Source of the DNA: the human T2T-CHM13v2.0 reference genome, Homo sapiens
Strand: one strand, 5' to 3'
Length of the DNA: 64,000 nucleotides
Assembly (NCBI RefSeq): GCF_009914755.1
Contig: NC_060936.1
Positions 38,901 to 53,714 of this stretch are shown here, in pieces (position 1 is the first letter of the stretch; each line of letters starts with the position of its first letter). Below the pieces are notes generated by a model. The model had not been told where the DNA came from, ran no database searches, and saw only the letters and a program-made list of their open reading frames with translations. The position numbers and the translations under genes were made by a program.

Positions 38901-39944
38901 GAAGTTGGAAGCGAATTTTTACAAAGCAGGTTTAACTAGAAAGGTTAGAGCCAGGTCCTCAATCTTTTGTGAGGCTGGAGCTATACTTTGTTTTCTTGAA
39001 GATGTGGAGTTGCCTGAGCTGGTGGTAGGAGAGTGGGATGGAGAGAACACAACTGGTTTGAGTACATATTGAGTGAACAATTCCTTAAAATATACTGCTC
39101 TATACCTAAGTAACATGAAGGGAAGTGAAAACGGCTATACGAATTTTAGTGATTTTTTTGCTTATTTTTACTGCTTTAGGACCACTGAGTTAAACAGCAA
39201 GTATTGGAAGCGTCCTTAATGATTATTTAGCACACACAAAGTATTTAAACTTTTTTTAAATAAATGGCCACTATTTTAAAACTGGGAAATTTCAAATTTA
39301 ATAATATGGGCCTCCAGTTTTGCTTTCACACTGTATTCCCATATGTCAACAACTGACTGAAGCCATGTTGACTCCTTTAGACTGGGAATGGGCTGTCAGT
39401 CTCGTTTAAATTACCTTCCTAGGCCCTTTCAGGTATTTGGGCTTATACCCAATGAGACACCTCTTATCTTGCTGAGGCAACATAATAGATCTAGGACTTC
39501 CTAAAATATCCTCACAGAAAACAACTTTACCGAACTCTCCCATAACTTACTCAAGAGTGAGCTCCATCACTGTAGCCCAAACTCTTGTGGTCTTTAGCAG
39601 ATGATGGCAGTTCCCCCTTATCTGCAGGGGATACATTCCAAGACCCTCAGTGGCTGCATGAAACCACAGAAAGTACCAAACTTAGTATACACTTTTTTTT
39701 CCAACCTGATAACCAAGACAGCTACCAAGAAACTAATGGGCAGGCATAGCTCAGAGATATTTCCAGTCCACTTCCAGACTATCAGAATAAACCAAATATT
39801 ATTATAAACCAAGTCATATAAATTTTTTGCTTTCCCGATGCATATAAATCTTATGTTTATACTATACTATAGTCCAGTAAGTGTGCAATACCATTATGTC
39901 TATAAAAAATGCTCATACCTTAATTTAAAAATACTTTATTGCTA

Positions 39945-40337
<393 letters not shown>

Positions 40338-41466
40338 TCAGGATGGTGGTTGCTGAAGGCTGGGGTGGCTACAGTAATTTCTTAAAATAAGACAACAGCA
40401 AAGTTTGCCACCATCAACTGACTCTTTCTTTCTTGAAAGATTTCTCTGTAGCATGTGATTTGGTTTGATAGCATTTTACCCACAGTAGAACATCTTTCAA
40501 AATTGAACTCAATCCTCTCCTCTCAAACTCTGTTGCTGCTATATCAACTAAGTTTGTGAAATATTTTCAGTCCTATGCTGACATTTCAGCAATGTTCACA
40601 GCATGATCGCCAGAAGTAGATTCTATCTCAGGAAACTTTCTTTGCTCATCCGTAAGAAGCAACTCCTCATTGGTTCAAGTTTCATCATGAGATTGCAGCA
40701 ATTCAGTCACATCTTCAGGCTCCATTTCTAATTCTAGTTCTCTTGCTATTTCCATCACATCTGTAGTGACTGCCCTCCACTGAAGTCTTAAATCCCTCAA
40801 AGTCTTCCATAAGGACTGCAATCAACTTCTTTCAAACTCCTGTTAATGTTGGCATTTTAATCTTCTCCCATGAATCATGAATATTCTTAATATTATTTTC
40901 AATGGTAAATTATATACAAAAGGTTTTCAAATTATTTGTTCAAATCCATCAAAGGAATCACTATATACGGCAGCTATACCTTTACAAAATGTATTCCTTA
41001 AATAATAAGACTTGACAGTCAAAATAACTCCTTGATCTATGGGCTACAGAATGGATGGTGTGTTAGCAGGCATGAAAACAACATTAATTTCCTTGTACAT
41101 CCTTATCTGTGCTCTTGGGTAACCAGGCACATTGTTAATGAGCAATAATATTTTGAAATAAATCTTTTTTTCTAGTGAGTAGATCTCAACAATGGGCTAA
41201 AAATATTCAATAAACCATGCTGTCAACAGAGGTGCTATCATCTAGGCTTTGTTGTTCCATTTCGAGAGCACAGACAGAGTAGATTTAACATCATTCTTAA
41301 GGGCTCTAAGGTTTTCAGAAATGGTAAATGAACATTGCCTTCAACTTAGTCATCAGCTGCATTTGCTCCTAAAAAGAGAGTCAGCTTTTTCTTTGAAGCT
41401 TTGAGGCCAGGCATTGACTTTTACTCTCTAGCTATGAAAGTGCTAGATGGCATGTTCTTCCAATAG

Positions 41467-41920
<454 letters not shown>

Positions 41921-42996
41921 CATGGAGATCTCTTCTTTCTTAAACCTCATTAACCAACCTCTGATAGCTTCAAGCCTCTTCTGCAGCTTCTTCACTTCTC
42001 TCAGCCTTCATAGAATTGAAGAGAGTTAGGGCCTTGCTCTGGATTAGGCTGTGTTGTGGCTGGTTTGATCTTCTATCCAGACCACTGAAACTTTCTCCAT
42101 AGCAGCAATACAGTTTTTTTCACTTTCTTATCATTGTGTGTTTACTGGAGTAGCACTTTTAAGAATTTTCCCTTTGCATTCACAACTTGGCTGTTTGGTA
42201 CAACAGACCTAGATGTTGGCCTATCTTGGCTTTTGACACACTTTCCTCACTAAGCTTAATCATTTCTAGTTTTGATTTAAAGTGAGAGACGTGTGTTCTT
42301 CCCTTTGCTTAAACACTTAGAGGCCATTGTAGGGTTATTAATTGGCCTACTTTCAATATTGTTGTGTCTCAGGGAATAAGGAGGCCCGAGGAGAGGGAGA
42401 GACACAGGGAAAGGGCTGGTTGATGGAGCAGTCAGAACACACACATTTATCAGTTAAGTTTGCTATCTTATATGAGTGCGGTTCATAACATCTTGAAACA
42501 ATTCTAATAGTAGCACCAAAAATCACTGATCCCAGATTACCATGACAGATAGAATGATAATGAAAAATTTGGATTATTGTGAGCATTACCAAAATGTGAC
42601 ACAGAAACATAAAGAGAGCACATGCTGTTAGAAAATCGGAACTGATAGACTTGCTTGAGCAGGGTGCCACAAACTTTCAGTTTGTTAAAAAAAAAAAAAA
42701 AAAGAAAAAGGAAAAGAAAAAAAAAAGCAACATCTGTGAAACATGATAAAGCAAAGTGCAATAAATAAAAGAAGGTGCGCCTGCAGACACCATGGAAATA
42801 GTGACTAAAGGGAGGATTCACATCTTGGGGAAAACGGGAAGGGAATGGCATGAGATTTCATTATGCTACTCAGAATGGCATGCAATTTTAAACATGAATT
42901 ATTTATCTCTTGAATCTTAATATTTTCAGGTGATGGTTGACAGCGGAAAACTGAAATCGCAGGAAGTGAAATTGGGGCTGGGGGAATACCATTGTA

Positions 42997-43331
42997 TAGT
43001 TGGTTCTCCATACCCATGGGTTACACAATCATGCATTCAACCAACCATGGATCAGAAATATTGAGAAAAAAATAGATGGTTGTGTCTGTACTGACCATGG
43101 ACATTTTTTTTCTTGTCATTATTCCCTGAACAATACAGTATAACAACTGTTTACGTAGCATCTGTACTGTTGTTAGGTAATTTAAAGTATACAGGAAGAT
43201 ATGTGTAGGTTATATGCAAATATGTGTTAGTTATATGCATCATTGTATATCAGGGACTTGAGCATCCCAGGATTTTGGTATCCGAGGAAGGTTCTGGAAG
43301 CAACTCCCCATGGATATCAAGAGATGACTGT
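42997..43331 (+). mobile_element. MER2 (Tigger-family MITE)
   Basis: ttcaaccaaccatggatcagaaatatt...gggacttgagcatcccaggattttggtatcc...gagatgactgta. Confidence 0.82.
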
Positions 43332-44827
43332 ACTCTCTGTGTGCAAGGCCTGCAATTTCCCCTGATACGTAGCCTAACGCAGGGTATGTATCATCATAGT
43401 TCCTTCTGCTTCATAGTTCCAGGCAAAGAGCCACTGCAGTAGAAACTATGCATACTGACCAGGGTCACCAGTTTTCTCAGGAAAACTAAACATTTTACTT
43501 TATCTTTCATATTTTCTACATGTGTTCTGGGTGGAAATGTCTTAAGCCATGCTAAACCCGGCCCAGGAATCATGAGTGATGGCAGCCCTCCCTGGAACCC
43601 CATGAAGTTTGTTAGATTTTCAAATGCTGAGAGAGTTAGGAGGAAATTCCCAAGGGGAAATGAAAATCATCAGACGGAGAAAACAGGTAGATGGATGAAG
43701 AGAGCAGCAAGGTGAATTTGCGAGAAAAAAAATCAATCTCTTCTAAGACAATAGAAGGAGGAAAGAGAACGGAGTAAGTGGTGAGATGCAGGATACAGTA
43801 TTACCTATCATTTTACTGTTATTATCATAACTGTTTTTATCCATAAAGGTCACATTTACAACCAGAATTTGGGGAGCTGTAGGAAAGGATATGGGAGACA
43901 GGCTGGATTCGACAGAAAGGAAGAAGGCGCAAAAGGAAAGCCAAGGGGGCCAGGAGAGGGTGAGGGAGGAAGGGGAGAGAAAGCTGCATTTGTGCCCATC
44001 CGCCTTGAATATAAAGACCCAGCCTCCGTCTGAAAAAGAGCCAACAATGAGGCAGCCCCAGAATCAGCCCTGCTGTTGAAGTCTGACACGTTAACAACCC
44101 CAGCAGGAATTAAGAGGTGAAATAAGCAGATGAAACATTCACCGAAGCCGAGATAAGCATTCCTGGAAAGGAATTTTTCAAAAAATCAAAATGAATCTCA
44201 CAAATCTTCCTAATTAGGAAACATGACAAGGAATTAAATTCAACCTAAAAAAAAATGAAGTGCTAAATAACTCACCCACACTAAATGGAAAGGCTCTATT
44301 GAGAATACCACTGATTATTAGTTTTCGCTGCTCCGGGAAATTATCTACGCACAATGATGGACATCAGCATTCAGCTCACAGCGGCAGTCAAAAGCAGCAG
44401 CTGAGATGTGTGGCCATCCTAATTAGAGGATGGAGAATTCTGAAAAGACTCTGGAGCTGTGACATTCCTGGCTGGGGCTTTCCTTCCAGGAATGCCACAT
44501 TAGGGTTTTGGTCATCACGTTGTAAAAAAAAAAAAGGACTTAATAGGAATGATCCAGAAAGGGACAACAGAAATGACTTAAAAAAGAGCGTGAGAAGCTT
44601 TGAGGTTCAGAACAGAAAACAGGAAAAGACTTCCATAAGAAATAATTTTTAAAATTAGGAGAGAAGGAGGTAAGTAAAAGCCTCGGGTGGTGGAAAGGGC
44701 AGCCAAAAGGTATACTGCCTGGACTTAGGTCACTCCAGACATGTGAGGGTTTAGCCTGTTTCTAATGAGCACACCCAGGGGTGTCAAGAAATTACAACAG
44801 ATTATCTAATATGAATTAGCCTTCAAT

Positions 44828-45250
44828 TCTTCATTCAATAAATATTTAGCAAGCACCCTCCACGTTCCAGGCACTGTCTGTAGCCTCTTGAATAGATCAG
44901 GGAACAAAATAGATTTTAAAAGCCTCTGCCTTTATGGGATTTACATGCTAGTGGGTGGGCAGGCCTTGGGGTAGGGACATGTGGAGATAGACAATAATAG
45001 ATAATAAATAAGTACATCGTATAGTGTGTTCTAAGGTGATAAGAACTATAGAAAAAAACATAGATCAGGATAAGGAATGTTGGGAGTACTCAGGATGCCC
45101 CTCGTTGAGAAGAGAACATTTAAGGAAAAACTTGGAGGAGGTAAGGAAGTAAAAGTAATAGATATCTAGACAAAAGGTATTCCATGCAGAGGGAGCAGCT
45201 GGTACAAGCTTCCCAAGCAGCAATATGCCTCACATGCTAAGGAAGAGTGA
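44828..45250 (-). mobile_element. L2 3' fragment
   Basis: ttcattcaataaatatttagcaagcacc...ccaggcactgt is the reverse L2 tail. Confidence 0.7.
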
Positions 45251-45253
45251 GGG

Positions 45254-45274
45254 GAGAGAGAGAGAGAGAGAGAG

Positions 45275-45315
<41 letters not shown>
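45254..45315. repeat. Compound microsatellite (GA)12(GT)19
   Basis: Read directly from the sequence. Confidence 0.97.
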
Positions 45316-45316
<1 letters not shown>

Positions 45317-45394
45317 TACGTGTGTCTATGTGTGTTTGGAAAATTAGGAGTGGGAGGATGATATGCAGATTGAACAGGGCGTGGTATAATAATT

Positions 45395-45650
45395 AACAAA
45401 TACTTACATTTAGTAAGCAGTGTTATAAGTGACACTTATAACAACGTCAGGCAGTTAGTATGTGCCTGACGCTGTTATAAGCTCTGTTAACAAATATAAT
45501 TCGCACAAGCACCCCACGGAAGTAGCTACTCTTATTACCCTCATTTTACCTCTAAGGGATCTGAGACACAAAGAGATCAGTTAGCCTGTCCAAGGTCAAG
45601 CACTGGAGCCTTGGTGCGTGGATTTAGAGCCCACGCTCCTAGTTGCTGCC
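45395..45650 (-). mobile_element. MIR with an inverted-repeat insertion
   Basis: MIR core cctcattttac...ctgagacacaaagag...ccaaggtca. Confidence 0.72.
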
Positions 45651-46504
45651 TCATGCCATCTCTCAATGTGGTTTTAAGCCATCTACTTCTGATTCCAGTT
45701 CTGATTACTTAACCTCGATTGGATTCCAGTGTACTCCCTAGGATAAATTTATGTTTCTCTTAAAAAAAAAAAAAAGCAGCGTGGCTCACTGCTTTATCAC
45801 TCATGACCTTTCCTGGCCCTTTGTTCCTTTCCCCTACCAATTCATGAGCCGCTATTTTCTGCTAGTTTATCCCTGAAGTCCATTATTTCTGCCCAGCAAA
45901 TAAAGCAAATGTCTATGGATAGAACTTCAGTTCAGTTTGTGAGGGAGTAGGGGTGGTGCTTCTCTGGTTTAATAACGCCCTACAGATAACTAAGAGGCAG
46001 GACAGGGCATACACTGAGTTAAAAGCTAGGTGTCACTATTTCTTATACTCCAAAAGGCACTGTGTGGAGGGGTGTGTTTTAACACAACCATCACCAGCTC
46101 CAGCTTCTCAAGATCTCTGTCCTGTTTTCTCAAGACACAGCACTTTTATGCTGAAAACCATTGAAATGTAAAGCCATTGAACTTTAAATGGATGAGTTAT
46201 ACGTGAATTACACCTCAACAAAGCTGTTAAAACAATTACATAATTTTTGTAAATGTCAAGATCTTGGCTTTTACCTCCCCTGTTGACCTCCCTGCCTGAC
46301 TTCCATCCTCCCTCACATACCTTCGGGGGGCACAGAACCATACTCAGAAAGAGGATCACCATTCCAGAACCCCAAGCACTCCATCCAACATTACAACTTT
46401 GTTTTAACTCCAGGGATTACAGCAGTATGCCAAGGAAAATAAATGACTCTTTACCATTAGATCTTCAGTACCAATTTTCCTTATTAGAAAAAAAAAAATC
46501 TAAC

Positions 46505-46811
46505 TTTTTTTTTTTTTCTTTTTTTGAGATGGAGTCTCGCTCTGTCGCCCAGGCTGGAGTGCAGTGGCCCGATCTCGGCTCGGCTCACTGCAACCTCCAC
46601 CTCCCGGGTTCACGCCATTCTTCTGCCTCAGCCTCCCGAGTAGCTGGGACTACAGGCACCCGCCACCATGCCTGGCTAACTTTTTTGTATTTTTAGTAGA
46701 GACGGGGTTTCACTGTGTTAGCCAGGATGGCTTCGATCTCCTGATCTCGTGATCCACCCGCCTCAGCCTCCCAAAGTGCTGGGATTAGAGGCGTGAGCCA
46801 CCGCTCCCAGC
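46505..46811 (-). mobile_element. AluY-like (plus an Alu 3' fragment at ~46897-46983)
   Basis: Reverse dimeric Alu with Y-type ttcacgccattc / gtgttagccagg. Confidence 0.92.
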
Positions 46812-48343
46812 TTCTAACATTATTTTTAATGTTAAAGCAAATGTGTATATTATGAAGCAGAAGGCAATATTCACTTACATAGGGCTTTTTAAAAATTTTT
46901 GAGACAGAGCCTCCCTCTGTCACCCAGGCTGGAGTGCAATGGCGTGATCTCGGCTCACTGCAACCTCCACCTCCTGGGTTTGAAGTAGGTTCTTGTGTGT
47001 GGTTAGCTGCTTTAAGCTGGAGTGGGAACAGTGTATGTCCTCTGCCAGTTGTGGAGACAGAGAGATTGAGATACACTGTCAGTGGCTAAAACAGGAGACT
47101 CAGGAACTGATCCAAGCTCAGTACCACTATATTATGTGATATTGTGCATAACATCCCATTTTGGGGCCTCAGTTTCCCAACTAAAAAATGAGATGATTGA
47201 ACCAGGTGATCTCCAAGGTTGCTGCCATCTCTCAAAGTCCATGATTTGGTGTCATACTGACACAAATCAGATTCTGGGCTCAGATTCATCAGCACCAAGA
47301 TGCCCAAAGATGTAGGAAGCAAAAGATACAGTCCCTGTCTTTGTGGAATTTTTCATCTACTGAGGGAGACTATGAAGTGAATTTACAAACCATCCAAAGG
47401 ACACAAGAGGCAAGAAGCAGCTGAGAATCATGAGTGATTAGAAATCTGGTGCAGATCACTCGCTTTGAATCAACTGTGCAGCTAAACGACAAGGAGACTC
47501 TTACCCTGCCAACCCCTGCGCCCTTTGGGCCAGGACTACTTGACACAAAGGCACTTGCTGTTGACCTTGTGCGTGGCCCCAAATCACAGAGTAAGAAACT
47601 CTCAGAGCAGGAAAGGGATGTTAGCTATGAACAAATCCAAAACCCTCCATCTACATTCAGGATTTGGGATAATGCTCGCATCACACTTAGAGTATTTTTA
47701 TTCGATAGAAGGTTCTTAACATTAACTCAAATCTTAAGTAATCCTAAAATTGGAAGAGAAATATATCCTTCTCTTCAAAGCCCAATACATTAAATATGGA
47801 ATGATTTTAAGACAAGTCTTATTATGACATAGGGTTGAACAAGATCTGCCTGGCAGCCACTTATTGAAAAGCATTGCTCTGAAAAAAATTAACTTCTACC
47901 CTTCATTGTAGGGTATTTATGCGTTTTCTTATGTCATCATTTCAGGTCCTTTCCTGCTCCCGAAGCTACGGCAGAGCATTTCCGTAGGTCTCCAGTCACA
48001 TGTCTTTGCTTTTCTGAACATACCAGGAGATCTATGAAAGTGAAACTAAAAGGAAATAGAAAGGAAAAACTGCTTGTGATCTCTCTCATCCAACTATTTC
48101 ATTTTCATTTGTTCTAGGAGAATTTCTTCCAGCTCTAGCCTCCTGGATTTACGCATATTCTGGGGACTAGACTAAAAACCTCTACCTCTGGCAGGCATCT
48201 TGGGGAAGTCTTGCCTAGATGACATTTGACCTTTGGGGTTTCTTCCAATCCAGATATTCTAGGGTGCAGAAAGGAGTAGTGGTCCCTCACAGATCGCCCA
48301 AAATGGATTTTTTCCACCTAATTGGAAAATATGCTCATTTCTA

Positions 48344-48359
48344 ACACAAGATGGCGCTG
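48344..48359 (+). promoter_or_regulatory. Candidate CTCF / YY1 site
   Basis: ACACAAGATGGCGCTG is one mismatch from CCACNAGATGGCGCTG and contains the YY1 core CAAGATGGCG. Confidence 0.4.
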
Positions 48360-48795
48360 GGACACAGGCAAGAACGTTTCTGATTAAAACAAAACCAAAT
48401 GAAACAAAACAAAACACAAAGCAAAACAATCCATGAGCACAAAAGTTCTAATAAGCCAGAGAATTATTTTGTTTCTGGACAAGACCAGCTTTTGTTGAGC
48501 ACATTTTAGAACAGCTTTCTGGAGTAGCAATAATCTAATTGAGCTGCTTTACCCTAAATCAACCAAATGGTCAGGACTGAATTAAAGTAGTACAATGTAT
48601 CCTTAGGAATAAAGTATTTAAAAAGAACTCTAAATCCCTTAACTACGCAGGGTCAAAACCAGAGATAAGTGGTCAGGGGACTTAGTTGAACACTATCATC
48701 AAAAGTGATGTCTTAAATTCTTACTCTGATATGGGATGGGGTCTTTACCAGTTGAATAATTCTGATATGAATTCAGTTGCCTTAATAAAATTATC

Positions 48796-48917
48796 TTTTT
48801 TTTTTTTTTTTTTTTTTTTTTCTTAGAGACAAGGTCTCACTATGTTACCCAGGCCGGTCTCAAACTCCTGGCCTCCCATAGTGCTGGGATTACAGGTGTA
48901 AAGCACCGTGCCCAGCC
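48796..48917 (-). mobile_element. Alu left monomer / FLAM-like with long poly-T
   Basis: A long T run followed by agagacaaggtctcactatg...gggattacaggtg. Confidence 0.82.
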
Positions 48918-49083
48918 TCATTTAAAATTAAATGAGCTCTTCTACTTCATAATAGAGCAGATTGTTTTAACTTGTTTGCACTTATTTGAGGATTATTTGA
49001 TGAAGCAATTGAGGAATAATTCACAATTTGAACTATAACCACCAAACAAGTTCTGTTAAGCTAACACCTAAGTTGAGTTTTAG

Positions 49084-49370
49084 TGTTGTTTTTTTGTTGT
49101 TGTTCTTTTGTTTTGTTTTGTTTTGTTTTTGAGACAGAGTATGGTTGTATCACCAAGGCTGGAGTGCAGTGGCATGGCTCACTGCAGCCTCAACGTCTGT
49201 GTTCAAGTGATCCTCCTGCCTTAGCCTCCCGAGTAGCTGGGACTATAGGTGTGCATCACCATGCCCAGCTAATTTTTTATTTTTTGCAGAGATGGGGTAT
49301 CATTGTGTTACCCAAGCTAGTATCAATCTCCTGGGCTCAAGCGATCCACCTGCCTCATCCTCCCAAAGTG
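49084..49370 (-). mobile_element. AluJ-like
   Basis: Reverse diverged Alu with a (TTTTG)n tail, slightly 5'-truncated. Confidence 0.85.
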
Positions 49371-49379
49371 AGAATTTAT

Positions 49380-51080
49380 TGGGAAAGGAACTTATTATCT
49401 GTCTTCCTCCTAACCCCCACAATAATCTCCTCCACAGGAACAAGTGGTTGGCCAGTCTGTTTAGAATCTTGTAGTAACAGCAAACTGACCACTCAGGAGA
49501 AGCAGCCCATTCTATCTCTAGACGGTTCTAAGGTTAGAATAGTCTTCTTTAGATTAAGCCAAAGCATGGCTCTTTATAATTTGTGCTCATATATCTCCAT
49601 TCTTCCTTTTAGAGGAATGCAGTATAACCTTCTTTTGTAATATGACTGCTCCTCAAATTTGTGATGATTTGGGCCTTCTCAGTCAAAAACAGCATCCGTT
49701 TCTGCAGTAATTTTTCATATGACATCTTTTCTAGCTCTATCTTGGATATCTTTCTTTGATTTATCTTAAAGTGTGTTCTGATCTCACAGCCAGTGGGCCT
49801 ATGTTAGTTGCCTGGATTTAAGTACTATGCTTCTATGAATGCAGCTGAAATTTGGTTAATTTTCTGCACAGTTATGTCACACCGTTTTCCCTTTAAAGCC
49901 CCCGGTCAACTAAAACTCCCAAGCCACTAATGTGGATGTAGCAAAATCTACCCGCCCTTACATAAACAGTTGACGTTTAGAATTAAAATGCAGACGTTAC
50001 GCCCTGTGATACCATGAGGATTTCAGTTCATAGCTGTGGGCTGTTAAAATTACTTAGAGTAATTTCATTCAGACTCTGGTGCCAGACATACCTGGATCCA
50101 AAAGTTTGTTCCTCCCTCATAAGCTATGTCATCTTGGGCAGTTGACTTGATCTCTTAAAACATCAGCTTTCTTATCTCTAAAATGCAGATAATATTGCTA
50201 CTTTTCTCATAGGGTGGTACAATTTATATGTGATGATTTCGTGCAAAAAGTATATTTAGCACAATTCATGGCACGAAGTAAGTTCTCAATAAGTGTTTAT
50301 TGTTACTATTATTAGTATTAGCCCATCATCCTTCAAATCAACTATCCCTCCTTGTCCATGTCATAGGAATATCTGACAAGCATGTCCTCTAAGGCAGATA
50401 AAAATATTACTGTTAGGGAAATTTAAAAGACAGAATCTGCATGACTCGCCACCATAGTTTCCCTCAGGCTGGTCTACGAACTAATCAGCACCATGTAGGT
50501 ATAATTCCTACCCTAGCCATGGTTGCACCCACTGGCTATCAGCCAGTTCATGTCTTATGGCAAGGTAATTATAAAAGTTCTTGTCAAAGGCCATGCTGAA
50601 AGAAAGTATGGTTTTGATGCCTCTTCTTTCTACCAATCTAATATCCTTATCAAAAAAGGAATAAATGAAGACATGTTTTGTTTCTGAGGTTTGGGGTTGG
50701 CTCTGAGTGATCTCTGCTTTTCTAAAGACTTACAAAGAGTCTATTTAATAATCTGTTCAGTTGATGGGTTAAAGTGGTGAAATTGTGGGTTATTTCCCCC
50801 TTCTTTCTATTATTATAATAATGTTTGTGGAGTAAATAGCCTTTTAAAATTCTGTTCTAGAATTCTGCCAGGGATAATTGTCAAGCTGACTGGCTTATAG
50901 TTTTTATAATATGCCCCTTTCCCCCTTTTTGAAAATGGGGACAACTCTGTCCTTCTCTTGTCTGTTAACAGTTCTCCTATTCTCCATGCTTTTTCAAGGA
51001 TTATTGACAATGGTTCTGGGAGTTCTTTGAGTAACCTGGGACGTGATTTGTCTAAGTCTGGAGATTTGAATTTATTAAGG
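49380..51080 (-). mobile_element. L3/CR1 LINE relic (with a MIR at ~50060-50310)
   Basis: The minus ORF 50813-51184 reads KSPDLDKSRPRLLKEL..PLSIILEKAWRIGE..NYKPVSLTIIPGRILEQ, a CR1 RT signature. Confidence 0.82.
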
Positions 51081-51685
51081 GGGGTGAAAAGAACACCACA
51101 CTCGTTTCTAGCTCTGGCTTTGCCATTTACTAGCTGAGTGAGCGTGGGCAGGTTTTGATTTTGTTTTAGCCTAAATATCCCCATCTGTGAAAGAAAGCAT
51201 TTGTATCAGATGAAGTTGAAGGTCCCTTCAAGGTCTAACGGCCTATGTTCTATGTCTCAAGTAATCTGACATTTTCTTACTAAGTTTTCTCATTTATCCT
51301 GGCTTTTAGTTTCCCCTGAATAAAATGTGTCCTACCCTTTTTTTATTTTGAAATGCATTTTGGCTTAGAATTCCGATACCTCAGTGTGACGCTCAGGGTG
51401 CAACACTCTTGGTCCCCACTTTTTAGTCCAATTTTATCTCCTACTTCTCCCAGGTTCAAACCTGCTCTCCATGCAGATGGACTCAGCCACTCTTTCTGAA
51501 TATGCACGTGCATGTCCCTCCCAGTCCTTCTGCTAAGGTTACTTCCCTAAAGTAGAATATCTCCCGGCCACGTCTCTCAGTCAGATTCTACCCCTCCTTT
51601 AAAGCCCCGTTTACTTACCAATTCTCTTTTGGGAAGTGTTTCCTAACTACTCCACATCATGATACACTCCTTTCTCTAAATTTCT

Positions 51686-52085
<400 letters not shown>

Positions 52086-53119
52086 CTCCTTTCTCTAAAT
52101 TTCTAATGCATTCAGTGCAGATCATCTGATACTAAAAAATAATATTATCTGTGACATCTGGGTGTGGAAATGTTGAATTGTATTGTTATTGATCTGCATG
52201 TCTTGGGGGGTCCTCTCTCCCAGCTCTCCTTGCCTTTCCCACATTGAGTACTGTTCTGGGGATGCTTAATAAACATGGAGAAATACTGAATGAATTTGAA
52301 GCCATTATATATAATTTTTCTGATCAGAGCATTTGGGTAACTATGTAATACATGATAGTTTCTCTTTCAATTTAGGAGTAACAGAAAGGTGAGCCATTGC
52401 TCAGGTAGCTTAATACTAGAAAGCATGTTATTTTAAAACGTATAATAATCCTTTATCTGAATAAAAGGATTTATTATACAATTGATAATGAAGTTCTTAA
52501 ACTAGCTCACTTTCCTCCCCTGTCACCATAGATAAGGGATTTGAGAAAAGTTGCAGAATACACACAATTACTAATTGAACTCATCGATGCCAACCCTATC
52601 CTAATCTAACTTTCCCTATATTGGCCAAGACAGCCTAAATCTTTGGGTTGGAGGCCAGGTTTACATTTTATCTAAAAAGTGGCATAGTTACAGTTTTTAA
52701 TAATAGAGAAACTATTTTTGTGTGTTCGATATCATACCAGATATACATCCCAGCAGACATGGATTGTTTAAATATGTGAGCGCGTGGAAAGGGAGGATTG
52801 GCCTCCCTGACCCCCAACACTGTGAAATGCTTGTTCCTAGTAAATTATAAGTTGCAATAAGTCAGTTAACACCGTAGAATCACACCATTGTCCTAATAGT
52901 AAAATAGCTGTGAGAAAAGACTTGTGATAAGATTGTAACATAGGAAAAATAATGCCTTTCCAAAAATCAACAGTGCACAAGCTCACAAAGCATGCCAGAA
53001 ACAAAGCAGAGACAAGAAGTCATTCAATTGTTCAACATGTGCTGCTGAGCATCTACTGTGTACCAAACCCTGTTGAGAACATGGGCATTAGGGACGTGGA
53101 GTTATATAAAAGATATATA

Positions 53120-53714
<595 letters not shown>

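Noticed and set aside
44260-44675. 130-aa ORF and a strong GAG|GTAAGT donor (44669/44670) in unique sequence
   Set aside because: Non-ATG start, no homology and no clear paired acceptor. It could be a lncRNA exon but cannot be supported from sequence alone.
49083-49640. 185-aa ORF and similar ORFs at 46253, 53136 and 55653
   Set aside because: Alu- and microsatellite-derived translations.
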